A stretch of DNA of 59,023 bases from Anaerolineae bacterium (GCA_044228875.1 JBGAUA010000005.1:1-59023); one strand, 5' to 3'. Counted from the first letter of the stretch, positions 40,851 to 50,898 are shown. Notes: generated by a model from the sequence alone, not told the origin. A program made the numbers and translations.

Positions 40851-41114
40851 GTGAATCCTATGGCGGCCAAGACGACAGCCTACCGTTTCACGGAGTACTT
40901 TGAGCAGCAAGTGCTGGCCAAGCGCCCTTATCTGAAGAAGGAATGGTGCGTTCACGTGATCGAGAACGCTGTGCGTTCGGAACCGCAAGAGCAGAATCGC
41001 TGGCGCTTCTGGGCTCCCATTGCCGAACTCGAGGGACGCCATCTGCGGGTCATCACGTTGGCGGACAGAATCACCATACACAATGCGTTTCCCGACCGGA
41101 GGTTCCTGGGATGA
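40851..41114 (+). CDS. DUF4258-like small protein (toxin-like partner of DUF2283)
   Basis: YRFTEYFEQQVLAKRPYLKKEWCVHVIENAVRSEPQEQNRWRFWAPIAELEGRHLRVITLADRITIHNAFPDRRF. Its stop overlaps the next start (ATGA). The family name is recalled from memory, not searched. Confidence 0.55.
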   Translation: MNPMAAKTTAYRFTEYFEQQVLAKRPYLKKEWCVHVIENAVRSEPQEQNRWRFWAPIAELEGRHLRVITLADRITIHNAFPDRRFLG

Positions 41115-41329
41115 GACTCAAGTACTACCCCGACACGGACTCACTGTACATCGACCTGGTCGAGAGCCCCAGCGTTGAGAGCCGCGAGATTTCAGAAGGT
41201 GTCGTCTTGGATTACGACGCGGCTGGCCGCCTCGTTGGCATCGACATCGACAACGCGAGCAACAAGGTAGAACTGGAAGCGCTGATCCTCAGCGGTCTTC
41301 CAAGTCCGGAGCGGCAGGTCGCGGCTTGA
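41111..41329 (+). CDS. DUF2283 domain protein (antitoxin-like)
   Basis: MRLKYYPDTDSLYIDLVESPSVESREISEGVVLDYDAAGRLVGIDIDNAS is the canonical DUF2283 pattern. Confidence 0.8.
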   Translation: MRLKYYPDTDSLYIDLVESPSVESREISEGVVLDYDAAGRLVGIDIDNASNKVELEALILSGLPSPERQVAA

Positions 41330-41359
41330 ACGGTCACCGAGCAGGCCTGCAGTCGCGTC

Positions 41360-42076
41360 ATGCCTACCGATGACGATCGACCGCGCCAAGAACGCGGTTC
41401 CGCGATCCATCGCCTGGTCTTGCTCCGCCTGATCCCGACCGCTGCCTTGTTCGCGCTTTGTGGTTCCATCGTTCTTGTTCCCTCAGCCCTGGCCGACAGC
41501 ATCCGCCTGCCCGGCACCCTGCGCGACTTCCGCGATACGCATCCGGACTTCGAATCCTATGGTGGGGTCGATCCGGGCATCGTGCTGCCGGGCCTGGGCG
41601 CGGACGGCAAGCCGGTCTTCGACACCCGCGGCCGACATCCGACCGTCACCAGCCGCGCCACGTTCGACCAGTGGTACCGCGATGTGCCCAGCATCAACCG
41701 CACGCAGGCCATCAGCCTGACCTTGGACAACAGCATCACCGGGGACCCCCGCGTCTACCGCTTCGACGAGCAGGCCTTCGTCCAGGGTGGACCGGCGGCC
41801 GGCAGGCGCCGGGCCCTGGTGCTGCTCAGCGACGGGCTGGTCAACGGGGCCACACCGGTGGACGTGCGCCTGCGGGCCGAACGGCTGCACGCGGCCGGGG
41901 TCAGCCTGTGGACGGTGGGCCTCGGCGCGCAGATCGACCGCGGCCTGCTGCGCGCGGTGGCCGGCGACGAGACCCGCTACCTGGAGGCGCCGGAGGCGGA
42001 GGCCTTGGCCGGGCTGTACGCCGGGCTGGCGGAGCGACTGACCTGCGATCGCGGCGCCATGTGGGGCGGACGCTGA
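41360..42076 (+). CDS. Chimeric or deleted ORF: signal/TM segment plus the N-terminal part of a fibro-slime/PA14-like domain, fused to the C-terminal half of a vWA domain
   Basis: LRDFRDTHPDFESYGG...LGADGKPVF...ATFDQWYRDVPSINRT...RVYRFDEQAF matches the fibro-slime domain pattern but stops short. From about 41800 the sequence is ALVLLSDGLVNGA...VSLWTVGLGAQID...TRYLEAPEAEAL. That is the second half of a vWA domain with no MIDAS motif. Confidence 0.6.
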   Translation: MPTDDDRPRQERGSAIHRLVLLRLIPTAALFALCGSIVLVPSALADSIRLPGTLRDFRDTHPDFESYGGVDPGIVLPGLGADGKPVFDTRGRHPTVTSRATFDQWYRDVPSINRTQAISLTLDNSITGDPRVYRFDEQAFVQGGPAAGRRRALVLLSDGLVNGATPVDVRLRAERLHAAGVSLWTVGLGAQIDRGLLRAVAGDETRYLEAPEAEALAGLYAGLAERLTCDRGAMWGGR

Positions 42077-42338
42077 TCCAGGTACCGGCTGCAACCGGCG
42101 TCGTCGACCTTGCGTAAGATGGCGTCAAGCCGCTGTGAGCTTCCTGGTCGCCATTAACCTGCACCGACCGTAGCCCCTTCCGTCCCGTTGTCGGCGACCT
42201 GGGCCTGGTCGCCTTCGGGTCCCCCATCCGGTGGGCCGGCGAGGTCGGCCACGCGGCTTCGGAGCCACCAGGTCGGTACGGGTGCCGTATCCAGCTGTCA
42301 TGTCTGGTCGCTGTCGCTGAGCGCAGAAAGGACTGTCG

Positions 42339-44084
42339 ATGTCTATCCCCTCCCTGCCGTCAGACCTTGTGCCGAAACCTGCGGACGTGAATGCCGTCGA
42401 CATCGCGCTGCGCCTGGGGTGGACGGGTTTCAGACGGCATCCCTGGCTCCTTGCCATTCCACTTCTTGTCATGGAATTGGGCGCTTACATGCTGGCCGCG
42501 GCCTTGGTGGGGTCGGAAATGGTCCTCTCCGACAGCATGGACCACTGGCTGGAGGGCGACTTCACGGGCGCAGGTCTCGCCAAGATCGTCCTCCTACCGA
42601 ATGCCGCCTTCCTGATTGCGGGGATAGCAACCAAAGTGGCCTTTCTACCGGTGGCACTGCGCGCGGTCAGGAATGAGCCCGTGGGCCTGGGCAGCTACTT
42701 CGCATGGATCGGTCGCCTGCCGGGCATCGTCCTTGCCCTGGTGCTGTGTGGGATCGGCGTGGCGATCCCGACAGCATCGGCTGGTCTGGTGATCTACGGC
42801 CTGCATCGCGCCGGCGCGCTGGTGGAGCCGCAGCTGTCCCCGGGGCTGCTGGGCCAGGGCGTGGCCATGACCCTGATTTACCTCGGAATGGTCGCCGTGG
42901 GGATGGCCGGCTTCCTCGGCTCGGTCTACGTGCTGACGGGACTGTCGCAGGTACCGCTGCTGATCGTGGACCGCCGTCAATCGGCGCTCACCGCCTTGCT
43001 GGACAGCTGGGACCTGATGGATGGTCGGCGCCTGGCCTACATCAGCCTTGTGTTCGCCTATATCGCCTTGCAGGGACTTGGCGTCCTGGCGCTGGTTATC
43101 GGCCTGGTCGTCACCTCGCCGGCCGGACTGGCGGCCCTTGCTGCGTTCTACCATGGCCTCCCCCGGTCCTCGTTCGGCGGGCCTGTGGGCCGGGCTACCG
43201 CCTGGCGTGGTCGGGGCTACTCTCTGGCGGCGTTGACTCTGGACATGCTTGTGGTCGGGCTGCTGGCATTGGTCGTCATGCTCGCGACGCTGCTGGGAGC
43301 CGGACGCTCGATCGCCTACAGTTTGAAGCAGGACTGGTTGCCCTTCGGCGCGGGATGGATCGGTATCCTGGCGTCTCCCCTGCTGCTGGTTCCCGCGCTG
43401 TACCTGTGGCGTGGTGCCATGCGGCGTCGCACGGTCGGAACGTGGATCATCGGCCCCGGTTGGGGACGCATGCGTTGGCTGGCGGTGATCCCGTTCGGCT
43501 ACGTCCTGTTGACCTTCGTCCTCCCTTTGGGTCTGGTGACGCATCGCATGGGTCGCAGCCTGCTGGCGGGAGGTGGTGGAAGCGAACTTGCGCGACGCGT
43601 CGTCTTTGCCCTTCCGACCGAGTACGCGTCGTCGCCGTCGGTCGGCGAGCATTCCGAGAAGCTTCGGCTGCCGGCGACCGTGGCGGACGCGACCCGGAGT
43701 GGTTCCTCATCGGTGGAGGCGGGCTACCGGATCACCGACAGTCAAGGCGTGGCCTACCCCTTTCGACTGCGCCGCTATCAGCAGGTACAGACGGCCCGGG
43801 AGGCGATGGAGCGCCTGGCGGCGTCAGGGGCAAGACCCGAGCCGCGGCTGGGGCCGGATGCCGTGGCCATCGAGGATCCGACCGCCGAGGTGGTGCGCAT
43901 GGCGCAGCGCTGGGAAAGTACCCTCATCATCGGGGAGTCAGCGCCGCAATCGGCGGACGGCCTGCGCCGCTTGATGGTATTGCAGGGCGATGCCCTGCCC
44001 GAGGCGGACAGAGCCCTGAGCTGGATCTGGAGGCTGACTTCGGATCCGGACGAGCGTCTGTTGGACGAGGAGGCGTCGCCGTGA
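42339..44084 (+). CDS. Polytopic membrane protein of unknown function with a soluble C-terminal domain
   Basis: AAAGGA lies upstream of the ATG. At least 9 hydrophobic segments are present. The middle part is RDD-like (GYSLAALTLDMLVVGLLAL). The soluble tail of about 170 aa has no motif I recognise. Confidence 0.65.
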   Translation: MSIPSLPSDLVPKPADVNAVDIALRLGWTGFRRHPWLLAIPLLVMELGAYMLAAALVGSEMVLSDSMDHWLEGDFTGAGLAKIVLLPNAAFLIAGIATKVAFLPVALRAVRNEPVGLGSYFAWIGRLPGIVLALVLCGIGVAIPTASAGLVIYGLHRAGALVEPQLSPGLLGQGVAMTLIYLGMVAVGMAGFLGSVYVLTGLSQVPLLIVDRRQSALTALLDSWDLMDGRRLAYISLVFAYIALQGLGVLALVIGLVVTSPAGLAALAAFYHGLPRSSFGGPVGRATAWRGRGYSLAALTLDMLVVGLLALVVMLATLLGAGRSIAYSLKQDWLPFGAGWIGILASPLLLVPALYLWRGAMRRRTVGTWIIGPGWGRMRWLAVIPFGYVLLTFVLPLGLVTHRMGRSLLAGGGGSELARRVVFALPTEYASSPSVGEHSEKLRLPATVADATRSGSSSVEAGYRITDSQGVAYPFRLRRYQQVQTAREAMERLAASGARPEPRLGPDAVAIEDPTAEVVRMAQRWESTLIIGESAPQSADGLRRLMVLQGDALPEADRALSWIWRLTSDPDERLLDEEASP

Positions 44085-44197
44085 ACGAGCCCACCAGCCG
44101 AGAGCGGGTGGCTTGTCCTGGAGATCGACCTGCCCCGGCCGGTCGGCACGGTGTTCATGCCGTGGCTGGGGCGGCAGGCGGGGCGTTGAAGGCAGAC

Positions 44198-46255
44198 TCA
44201 GCGCGATTGAATCAGCAGTCCGGCTGGCGTCCAGATGGACGGCGACGGGAAGGCCGCGGACTGCCAGCCCTCGGCAGAGCCCTGTTGACCCCCGCGCAAG
44301 CTCACGGAGACCAGCGGCAGAACCAAGCGATGGCCGTCGTCCGCATTTGGGGTCGTCGTCCGCGTGACCGACGGGGTCGCCACGGCTGTGGGGAAGCCTG
44401 AGGCCGTGGCCGTGGCGTTCGGGGCGGTGGCGGTCGCCGCGGCTGACGTGGGATCAGCGCTCGCCGTCGGAGCCACCGTCGCCGTCGCCGCGCCCTCCGG
44501 CCCCGCGTCCTCCACCCGCCGGCAGCCCTCGCCCGCGCAGGCCTGGAGCGCCCGCACCCAGGCGCTGAGGGCCGCCAGCTGCTCGGCCGGCGCCCGGCGA
44601 GACTGGCTCTCGAGCTGGTAGGGGTCGGCCGTGTTGTCGTACAGCTCGGTCGCGCCGGAGCGATGCTCGATGTAGGTGTGGCGCGCGTCGCGCAGGGCGA
44701 TGTACAGCGGGGCCGGCGCGCTGCTTTGGTTCGGGCGGGAGCCGAGGCCGAGGTCGAGCCCGAGTCCGGTCCCGATCCCGGGGCCTGTCTCGGTCCTGCT
44801 CGGCCGCGCCGACTCCTCCTCCATCAGGAGGCGATCCGTTCCTTCGATCGGTTCCAGCAGGCCGGCATCTGACGGTGCGACCAGCGGTTCGGGCTGCCTA
44901 GCCGTGATCGATCCCCGTGGGTCGGGCCGTCTTGCCGTGCTGGATCCCAGCGGATCCGGATCCCCTCCGGCCGGCGAGCCCAGCGGGTACTGCTCCACCA
45001 GCAGCGCCTGCCGCCAGGTGGCCGGGGGCGCTCCATGGCCCAGCAGCCAGCCGAAGGAGCGGCCGTCGACGAAGTCCGGCACCTGGGCGCCGGCGATCTG
45101 CGCCAGCGTCGGCGCCAGGTCGATGTTGGCCACCAGGTGCGTGTCGTCCTTGCCGCCCGCGGCGATGCCCGGCCCGCGGGCGAAGAAGGGCACGCGGATG
45201 TCCTCCTCGTAGGCCATGGCCTTGCCCTCCGGCAGGCGGTGCTGGCCCAGGTGGTAGCCGTTGTCGCTGGTGAAGATGAACAGGGTGTCGGCCAGCTCGC
45301 CCGAGGCCTCCAGGTCGGCGACCAGGGCGGCCACCATCTCGTCCACCGCCTGCATGGCCTGCAGGCGCTTGCGGTAGAGCGCGTCCGCTTCGGCGATCTG
45401 CGCGTCGGTCAAGGCCGCGCGCAGGCGCAGGGGCGGCGGCTTGTCGCTCATGTCCGCCTCGTTGAAGGAGGGCGAGCGCGGCACCTGGGCGTCGGGGAAG
45501 AGCGCCGCATGGCGGGGGGCCGGGTCCGATGGGCTGTGCGGCGCGTAGGGCGTGACCATCAGGAAGAAGGGGGCTGCGCTACCGGTCATGTCCGACAGGA
45601 AGGCGCGGGCATGCCCCGCCAGCACGTCGGTGATATGGTCCGCCGCCGCCTCGCCATGGGCCTCCTGCCGGCCGTCCACGTTGAGGGTGTAGTTGTAGGA
45701 GGCGTAGGCGTTGCCGCGCATCGGGCTGGCCCAATGGTCCCAGCCCGGCGGGATGTGCAGCAGGTCGTCCCTGAGCGGGAAGCCGTTCACGTACTTGCCG
45801 GCGAAGCCCGTGCGGTAGCCGGCGGCCTGCAGCCAGGTGGCCACCGTCGAAGCCTCCAGGCCCAGGCTGTCCAGCTTCTCGTAGCCGCCGTCCGGTGCGG
45901 TGTTGGTCAACACCCCGTGGTTGTGGGGGTACTGGCCGCGCAGGTAGGTGGTGCGCGAGGGGCAGCAGAGGCTGTCGGTGATGAGGTAGCGCTCCAGGCT
46001 GATGCCCGCGTCCCGCACAAGCCGGTTGATGTGGGGCGTGTGTTCCATGGTGCCCAGCAGCTGGTCCAGGTCGTCGGCCATCACCAGCACGATGTTGGGG
46101 CGGGCCTGGGCCGCGGCGGTGGGCGATGGCCGGTGGGCGGCGCCGGGCCGTCCGCCGAGGGCCGTCGCCAGGGACAGAACGCCGATGACCATGGCCCTGC
46201 GACTGCGGGGGCGGACAAGATGGGCGTCGCGGCGAAAGGGCAGGAGCGGGTTCAT
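44198..46255 (-). CDS. Secreted sulfatase (formylglycine-dependent, arylsulfatase / N-acetylglucosamine-6-sulfatase-like)
   Basis: The start at MNPLLPF (46255) is followed by a signal region. NIVLVMADDLDQ and the SLCCPSRTTYLRGQYPHNHG block (C-x-P-x-R) are present. The C-terminal linker is A/T/P-rich. Confidence 0.9.
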   Translation of the reverse strand: MNPLLPFRRDAHLVRPRSRRAMVIGVLSLATALGGRPGAAHRPSPTAAAQARPNIVLVMADDLDQLLGTMEHTPHINRLVRDAGISLERYLITDSLCCPSRTTYLRGQYPHNHGVLTNTAPDGGYEKLDSLGLEASTVATWLQAAGYRTGFAGKYVNGFPLRDDLLHIPPGWDHWASPMRGNAYASYNYTLNVDGRQEAHGEAAADHITDVLAGHARAFLSDMTGSAAPFFLMVTPYAPHSPSDPAPRHAALFPDAQVPRSPSFNEADMSDKPPPLRLRAALTDAQIAEADALYRKRLQAMQAVDEMVAALVADLEASGELADTLFIFTSDNGYHLGQHRLPEGKAMAYEEDIRVPFFARGPGIAAGGKDDTHLVANIDLAPTLAQIAGAQVPDFVDGRSFGWLLGHGAPPATWRQALLVEQYPLGSPAGGDPDPLGSSTARRPDPRGSITARQPEPLVAPSDAGLLEPIEGTDRLLMEEESARPSRTETGPGIGTGLGLDLGLGSRPNQSSAPAPLYIALRDARHTYIEHRSGATELYDNTADPYQLESQSRRAPAEQLAALSAWVRALQACAGEGCRRVEDAGPEGAATATVAPTASADPTSAAATATAPNATATASGFPTAVATPSVTRTTTPNADDGHRLVLPLVSVSLRGGQQGSAEGWQSAAFPSPSIWTPAGLLIQSR

Positions 46256-46334
46256 GGCTGGCTCGCGGGGGGCTGCGCCGATGCGCCGGTGATTCGCCCA
46301 GCAGAACGGCGGGGACGAGGGGCAGGATAGGACG

Positions 46335-46547
46335 GTGATCGCTGGGGATACCCTGGCGGCGCTCGCGGCGCGGATCGGCATGTCGCAGTCCGATCTGAGC
46401 AAGGCCGAGCGGCGATCGGACTGGAGGGTATCGACGCTGGAGGCCATCGTTGAAGGGCTGGGTCTACGGTTGCGGCTGGAGGTAATCGATGCCTCGGGGC
46501 GCACGGTCGGGACGATCAGGTCCGACGGCCGCAACGTCGACGTATGA
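46335..46547 (+). CDS. Short XRE-family HTH protein (tentative)
   Basis: GTG start, divergent from the sulfatase gene. LAALAARIGMSQSDLSKAERRSDWRVSTLEAIVEGLGLRL resembles an HTH_3 core. Confidence 0.45.
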   Translation: MIAGDTLAALAARIGMSQSDLSKAERRSDWRVSTLEAIVEGLGLRLRLEVIDASGRTVGTIRSDGRNVDV

Positions 46548-46603
46548 CATGCAGACATCCGGTTGAGTAGACCCGATGATCACGCTTCACCCTGTCACCC
46601 CAG

Positions 46604-47008
46604 CTAGCCCTGCGGGACGGCCGCAGGATCCACCGGCCGCGGTTGCCAGAGTTCGATCTTGGTGCCTTCCGGATCCATGATGTGGGCGAAGCGGCCATTG
46701 AACTCGTCCGGAAACAGCTTCAGCGGCGTGACCCCATGCTCTGCGCAGCGTGCCAGCACGCCGTCGAGGTCGTCGACCGCGAGGTTGATCATGAATTCCT
46801 TGGTCGACGGCAGCATGTAGTCCGTGTCAGCCTGGAACGGGCTGAACACCGTGCCGGCGCCGGGATGGGCAGCCATCGCCTCCGGCGTCAAGAAGGCGCC
46901 GCCCCAGTCCATCATGTTGAGGCCGAGGACGTCGCGATACCAGCCGACCAGCGCAGCCTGATCCTGCGCCTTGAAGAATATGCCGCCTACGCCCAATACC
47001 CGCGCCAT
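46604..47008 (-). CDS. VOC (glyoxalase/bleomycin-resistance) family protein
   Basis: MARVLGVGGIFFKAQDQAALVGWYRDVLGL...FAHIMDPEGTKIELWQP is a typical VOC fold pattern. Confidence 0.85.
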   Translation of the reverse strand: MARVLGVGGIFFKAQDQAALVGWYRDVLGLNMMDWGGAFLTPEAMAAHPGAGTVFSPFQADTDYMLPSTKEFMINLAVDDLDGVLARCAEHGVTPLKLFPDEFNGRFAHIMDPEGTKIELWQPRPVDPAAVPQG

Positions 47009-47175
47009 CGTCCGCGCTCCTTGTGAAAACCACCGGCCCCGAGCCTGCTGCCATGAAGGTGCGCCGCGCTCCAGCCGACGTTTCATGCTCCGGCTGGAAC
47101 GCTTGCCGCACCTGCGCGCCGCCTGACGGTCCAGGAATCGACGACGCCCATCCCCTTACTCGGCGGTCCTAGGTT

Positions 47176-50100
47176 TTAAGGCCCCTCCATCAGCTGGGCC
47201 ATCCCGAGCAGCAGCGGCAGGTACACCGGCCCTTCCCGCCCCGGCTCCAGCACCTGCATCTGCCCCTTGGCGTCCGCGAAGTCGTCGCCCGGGTAGGCCA
47301 GCAGCCAGCTGTAGTCCGTCTCGCCGGGGCCGCGACCGAGGGCGATGGATCCGCGCGCCGACCCGCTCTCGTCCGGCAGCCGCAGCGACCAGGCCGCCGG
47401 AATGCGGGCCATGTCCGCAGGGTTGAAGACGTAGCGCGGGCCGTCCGCCTGATCGGCGCCGTCGGGGGCCACGTCGCTCTGGGCCACCGTCTTGGGATGC
47501 GGCGGCGAGAGCCAGTCCTCGTTCAAGGGCGTCGCCACCACATGGAAGGCGAAGCTGTCTTCCGCGCTGATTCCCAGGCCCGCCGCCGGCGCCGTCAGCA
47601 CGGTCAAGCGGGTGTGCTGGTCGCTGCGGTGGGCGGCCAGGTCCGACTTCAGGGTGCCGGAGATGATCTCGCCGCGACCCTCGTTGAGCGTGGGATCCCA
47701 GCCGGCATACTGCGTGAGCACCTGCGCCGGGTTGCCCCCGACCGCCTCGCGCATCACGTGGTCCGTCTTGCCGTCGCGGTCCGCGTCGATGTACACCGCC
47801 AGGTTGGTGACATGGGCGATGGCCGCGGCCTCGTGGCGGGCGATGGCCACCGACAGCAGGGCTTCGCCGCCCTCCGCGCCCGGCTCGATGCGCAGGCCCA
47901 CGCGCCGCAGGTCCAGCTCGCGCAGCACCTCCGGTTCGTCGGCATCCTCGCTCGCCGAGGGCTGCTGAGCCGTCCCGGCCACCAGGCCGACGCGCGGCAG
48001 GACAAAGAGCTCCGCCGTGCCCGGCAGGCCGTCGTTGCGCAGGCGAAGGGCGTTGACCTTGTCGTGGAGCGCCGCCGCCAAGGGCTGGGCCGTGAAGGCC
48101 GAGGCCTTGCGCGGCAGCAGGTAGAAGGGCAGGGAGGCCTGCGGCAGGTCGGCCAGGGGCCGGCCCTGGTCGTCGATCGGGCTGATCAGCACATGCCCCT
48201 GGATCTCGTGAGCGGCGATGGGTCCGGGATCGCTGACCGGCGGGTTGGGGTACAGCGTCCAGTCCGGCAGGGCCGCGGGGTCCACATCGAAGACCACATC
48301 GAAGCTGACCGTCTCGCCGGGGGCGATGGTCATGGGGCCTTCGGGCAAGGTCACCTTGAGCGCCGGCCCGAAGCCTGTGTCGCCTGGGCGGTCCAGCGAC
48401 AGCGCCAGCTTGAGCGGCGCGTCCTTGGCGAGGGACTTGACCGTCACCGTTCGCCGCAAGGTTGCCGGCGCGCTGAGGGCCATCGCCCCCAGGTTGATGC
48501 TGGCGATGTCGCCGGCGCGGGCCACGAACTGCGCCGTGCCCGCCCGCCAGATGTCCACCAGGCCGGCGCCCTGGCGCACCGCGGTGATCGGGGCGCGGGT
48601 GACCGGGTCCTGGTAGATGACCGGCCGGGAATAGTTCATGAGCATCGCCCCCAGGTCGGCGGCGCCCAGGCCCAGGTTCTGCTTGCGGTTGCGGTGCTGC
48701 ATGAGGGCCGCCGTGCCCGCCACCATCGGGCCGGCCATGGAAGTGCCGCTGAAGGACACCCCGCCCGAGCCCGAGCCCATGCGCGCCGAGTTGATGCTGG
48801 AGCCGGGCGCGGCGATGTCGGGCTTGAGCGCGCCGTTCTTGGACGGCCCGCGGGAACTGAAGCCCGAGACCGCGTCGGCCAGGCTCTCGTCCAGCTTCAC
48901 CGTGCTGGGGTCCATCCGCACCGCCACCTCGGTTCCGGCCATCAAGAGATCCCGCAGGGCCAGGCCGGGGGCGTTGTCGATCATCACCGCGGCGATGTCG
49001 ATGCCGGCGCTGTCACCGCCCATCGGGGTGCGGGCGTTCTGGTTGGTGTAGACCAGTACCGCGATGGCCCCGGCCTTCTGGGCGTTGAGGATCTTCTCGG
49101 GGAACACGCAGTCGCCGCGGGCCACCAGGGCCACCTTCTCAGCGACGTCCTGTTCGATGGCGTCGCCATTGCAGGCCCGGCCCATGAAGGCCAGGGCGGC
49201 GTCGATGGGCGCGCGACCGGCCAGAGCGGCGACGGTGCTGTCCACCGCCGGGTAGTCGGCCTTCTGATCCGCCCAGCGCGCCTCCACCATCATGGCGAAG
49301 GCCGGCGGCACGGTGCTGGCCACCGACAGGATGCGCGGCGAGGCCGATGGCGCGCCGACGACGAAGGGCTGGTCGCCGGCGTTGCCGGCGGAGGCGACGA
49401 CGATCACGCCGTTGTCGGTGCCGCTCGACACGGCCTCGTCGAAGAGGCGGCTGCCCTGGCCCCAGTTCTCGCCGAGGCTGATGTTGATGGCGTCCACCTG
49501 CGGCGGCAGGACGCCGCGGTCCTCGATCTTCACGTTGACGCGGTAGGTCCATTCGATGGCGTCCACCAGCACGTCGGCGGCCTCGTCGCCGCCGTTGGTG
49601 CCGTAGAGCTTCAGGCCCACGATCTGGGCCCCTGGCGCGATGCCGTCGGGGATGGCGGGGATGGTGGCACCGGCGATGATGCCGGCCACATGGGTGCCGT
49701 GGCCGCCGGCGTCGAGCGGATCGGGGTCGGGCTCGGGGATGTTGGTGCACTGGCCGGTGCTCATCATGGCGTCGGTGCAGATATGCGGTGGGTTGTAGCG
49801 CGGGCCGACGAAGTCGTAGCCGCCGACGACCTTGCTGTTGGGCAGGAGCAGCTTGTCCTGCCACTTGTCGTCGACGCGCTCGCCGTTGCCGCCGCCGGAG
49901 GCGAACTGGAAGGCCGCCGGATCGCCGGGGCCGCCGAGATGGGCATGGGTGTAGTCCACGCCGGTGTCGATGACGGCCACCACCGAACCTTCGCCGTTGA
50001 CGCCGAGTTCCTGCGCCAGGCGCCGCGCGCCGACATGGGGCGCCGAGGTGCCCAGCTCCGGCCGCACGATGGGCGCGGCCTCGACCTCCAGGACGCCGGG

Positions 50101-50493
50101 CAGGCGGGCGATCAGCGCGCTCTGCGCCGCGGTGGCGTGGACGAGGAGGCCGTTGACGGAGGCGGCGTAGCGGCTGATGGTCCGCCCGCCCAGGCGCCGG
50201 ATGGCGCGCAGCGCGGGCTCCTGCCCGCGTCGCACGTCGTCTTCCATGGCCTTGAGTTCGGCGGTCGGAGGCAGCGTCACGCCCGCGAGGTCGCGTCGAC
50301 CCAGCCGCGCGGTCAGCCGCTGGTGGAGGCTGGGGCCCTGCAGGCGCACCAGCCAGCTGCCGACGGGGGTCGCCTCGTCGGCGGGCGGCGGCACCAGGGC
50401 TCCCGCGGGGCTGAGACCGCCCAGCAGCAGCAGCGCGCCGAGCAGCAGGGGCAGGGCGGGACGGAGGGCAAGGGTGATGGGACGCTGCGACAT
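47176..50493 (-). CDS. Secreted S8 subtilisin-family serine protease with a PA domain and a large C-terminal extension
   Basis: GAGGAGG lies upstream of the ATG at 50493, and a signal peptide is present. The catalytic triad blocks are VVAVIDTGVDYTH, GHGTHVAGIIAG and SGTSMAGPMVAGTAAL. The PA insert is KVALVARGDCVFPEKILNAQKAGAIAVLVY. Confidence 0.9.
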   Translation of the reverse strand: MSQRPITLALRPALPLLLGALLLLGGLSPAGALVPPPADEATPVGSWLVRLQGPSLHQRLTARLGRRDLAGVTLPPTAELKAMEDDVRRGQEPALRAIRRLGGRTISRYAASVNGLLVHATAAQSALIARLPGVLEVEAAPIVRPELGTSAPHVGARRLAQELGVNGEGSVVAVIDTGVDYTHAHLGGPGDPAAFQFASGGGNGERVDDKWQDKLLLPNSKVVGGYDFVGPRYNPPHICTDAMMSTGQCTNIPEPDPDPLDAGGHGTHVAGIIAGATIPAIPDGIAPGAQIVGLKLYGTNGGDEAADVLVDAIEWTYRVNVKIEDRGVLPPQVDAINISLGENWGQGSRLFDEAVSSGTDNGVIVVASAGNAGDQPFVVGAPSASPRILSVASTVPPAFAMMVEARWADQKADYPAVDSTVAALAGRAPIDAALAFMGRACNGDAIEQDVAEKVALVARGDCVFPEKILNAQKAGAIAVLVYTNQNARTPMGGDSAGIDIAAVMIDNAPGLALRDLLMAGTEVAVRMDPSTVKLDESLADAVSGFSSRGPSKNGALKPDIAAPGSSINSARMGSGSGGVSFSGTSMAGPMVAGTAALMQHRNRKQNLGLGAADLGAMLMNYSRPVIYQDPVTRAPITAVRQGAGLVDIWRAGTAQFVARAGDIASINLGAMALSAPATLRRTVTVKSLAKDAPLKLALSLDRPGDTGFGPALKVTLPEGPMTIAPGETVSFDVVFDVDPAALPDWTLYPNPPVSDPGPIAAHEIQGHVLISPIDDQGRPLADLPQASLPFYLLPRKASAFTAQPLAAALHDKVNALRLRNDGLPGTAELFVLPRVGLVAGTAQQPSASEDADEPEVLRELDLRRVGLRIEPGAEGGEALLSVAIARHEAAAIAHVTNLAVYIDADRDGKTDHVMREAVGGNPAQVLTQYAGWDPTLNEGRGEIISGTLKSDLAAHRSDQHTRLTVLTAPAAGLGISAEDSFAFHVVATPLNEDWLSPPHPKTVAQSDVAPDGADQADGPRYVFNPADMARIPAAWSLRLPDESGSARGSIALGRGPGETDYSWLLAYPGDDFADAKGQMQVLEPGREGPVYLPLLLGMAQLMEGP

Positions 50494-50820
50494 GGCTGCC
50501 TCCTCGACGGGGCGTAGGGCGGACGTGGATCGGCTGCGGCGGATCGCCAACTCCCTAGGACGCTAGGGGCCTCGAGAGCGTGACGCGCGGGCGTTCGGCC
50601 GGTCGCGCGATGCGCTGCGGAGTGTAGCCGGATTCGGTGGCGGGGCCAGTTGCAGCGAAGGTCTGCCCCATGCCCCGGGAGGCCGCTGGCGGCGAGCACA
50701 GCGGTGGTGGCGAGCACTGCGGTGGCGGTGCAGCGGCAGCGGTTGGGGGCTTTGACCGGCCCAGCCAAGGGTCTCGGCGGCGTGGGTAGAGCGGACAAGA
50801 GAAACGGCATCCTGGGGCTA

Positions 50821-50849
50821 TTGACTCGGCAGCCACAGTCCCGTATACT
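50821..50849 (+). promoter_or_regulatory. Near-consensus sigma-70-type promoter upstream of the TfoX-like gene
   Basis: TTGACT (50821-50826), an exact 17-nt spacer, then TATACT (50844-50849). AAAGGA lies 8 nt before the ATG at 50899. Confidence 0.55.
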
Positions 50850-50898
50850 CACGAACACTTGTTCTATTCGCGTTGGAAGAGCCCAAAGGACACCCACC

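Noticed and set aside
50691-50726. 18-nt tandem duplication ggcgagcacagcggtggt / ggcgagcactgcggtggc upstream of the S8/PA protease
   Set aside because: There are only two copies with mismatches, no associated feature and an ordinary GC-rich sequence. It is likely a trivial local duplication.
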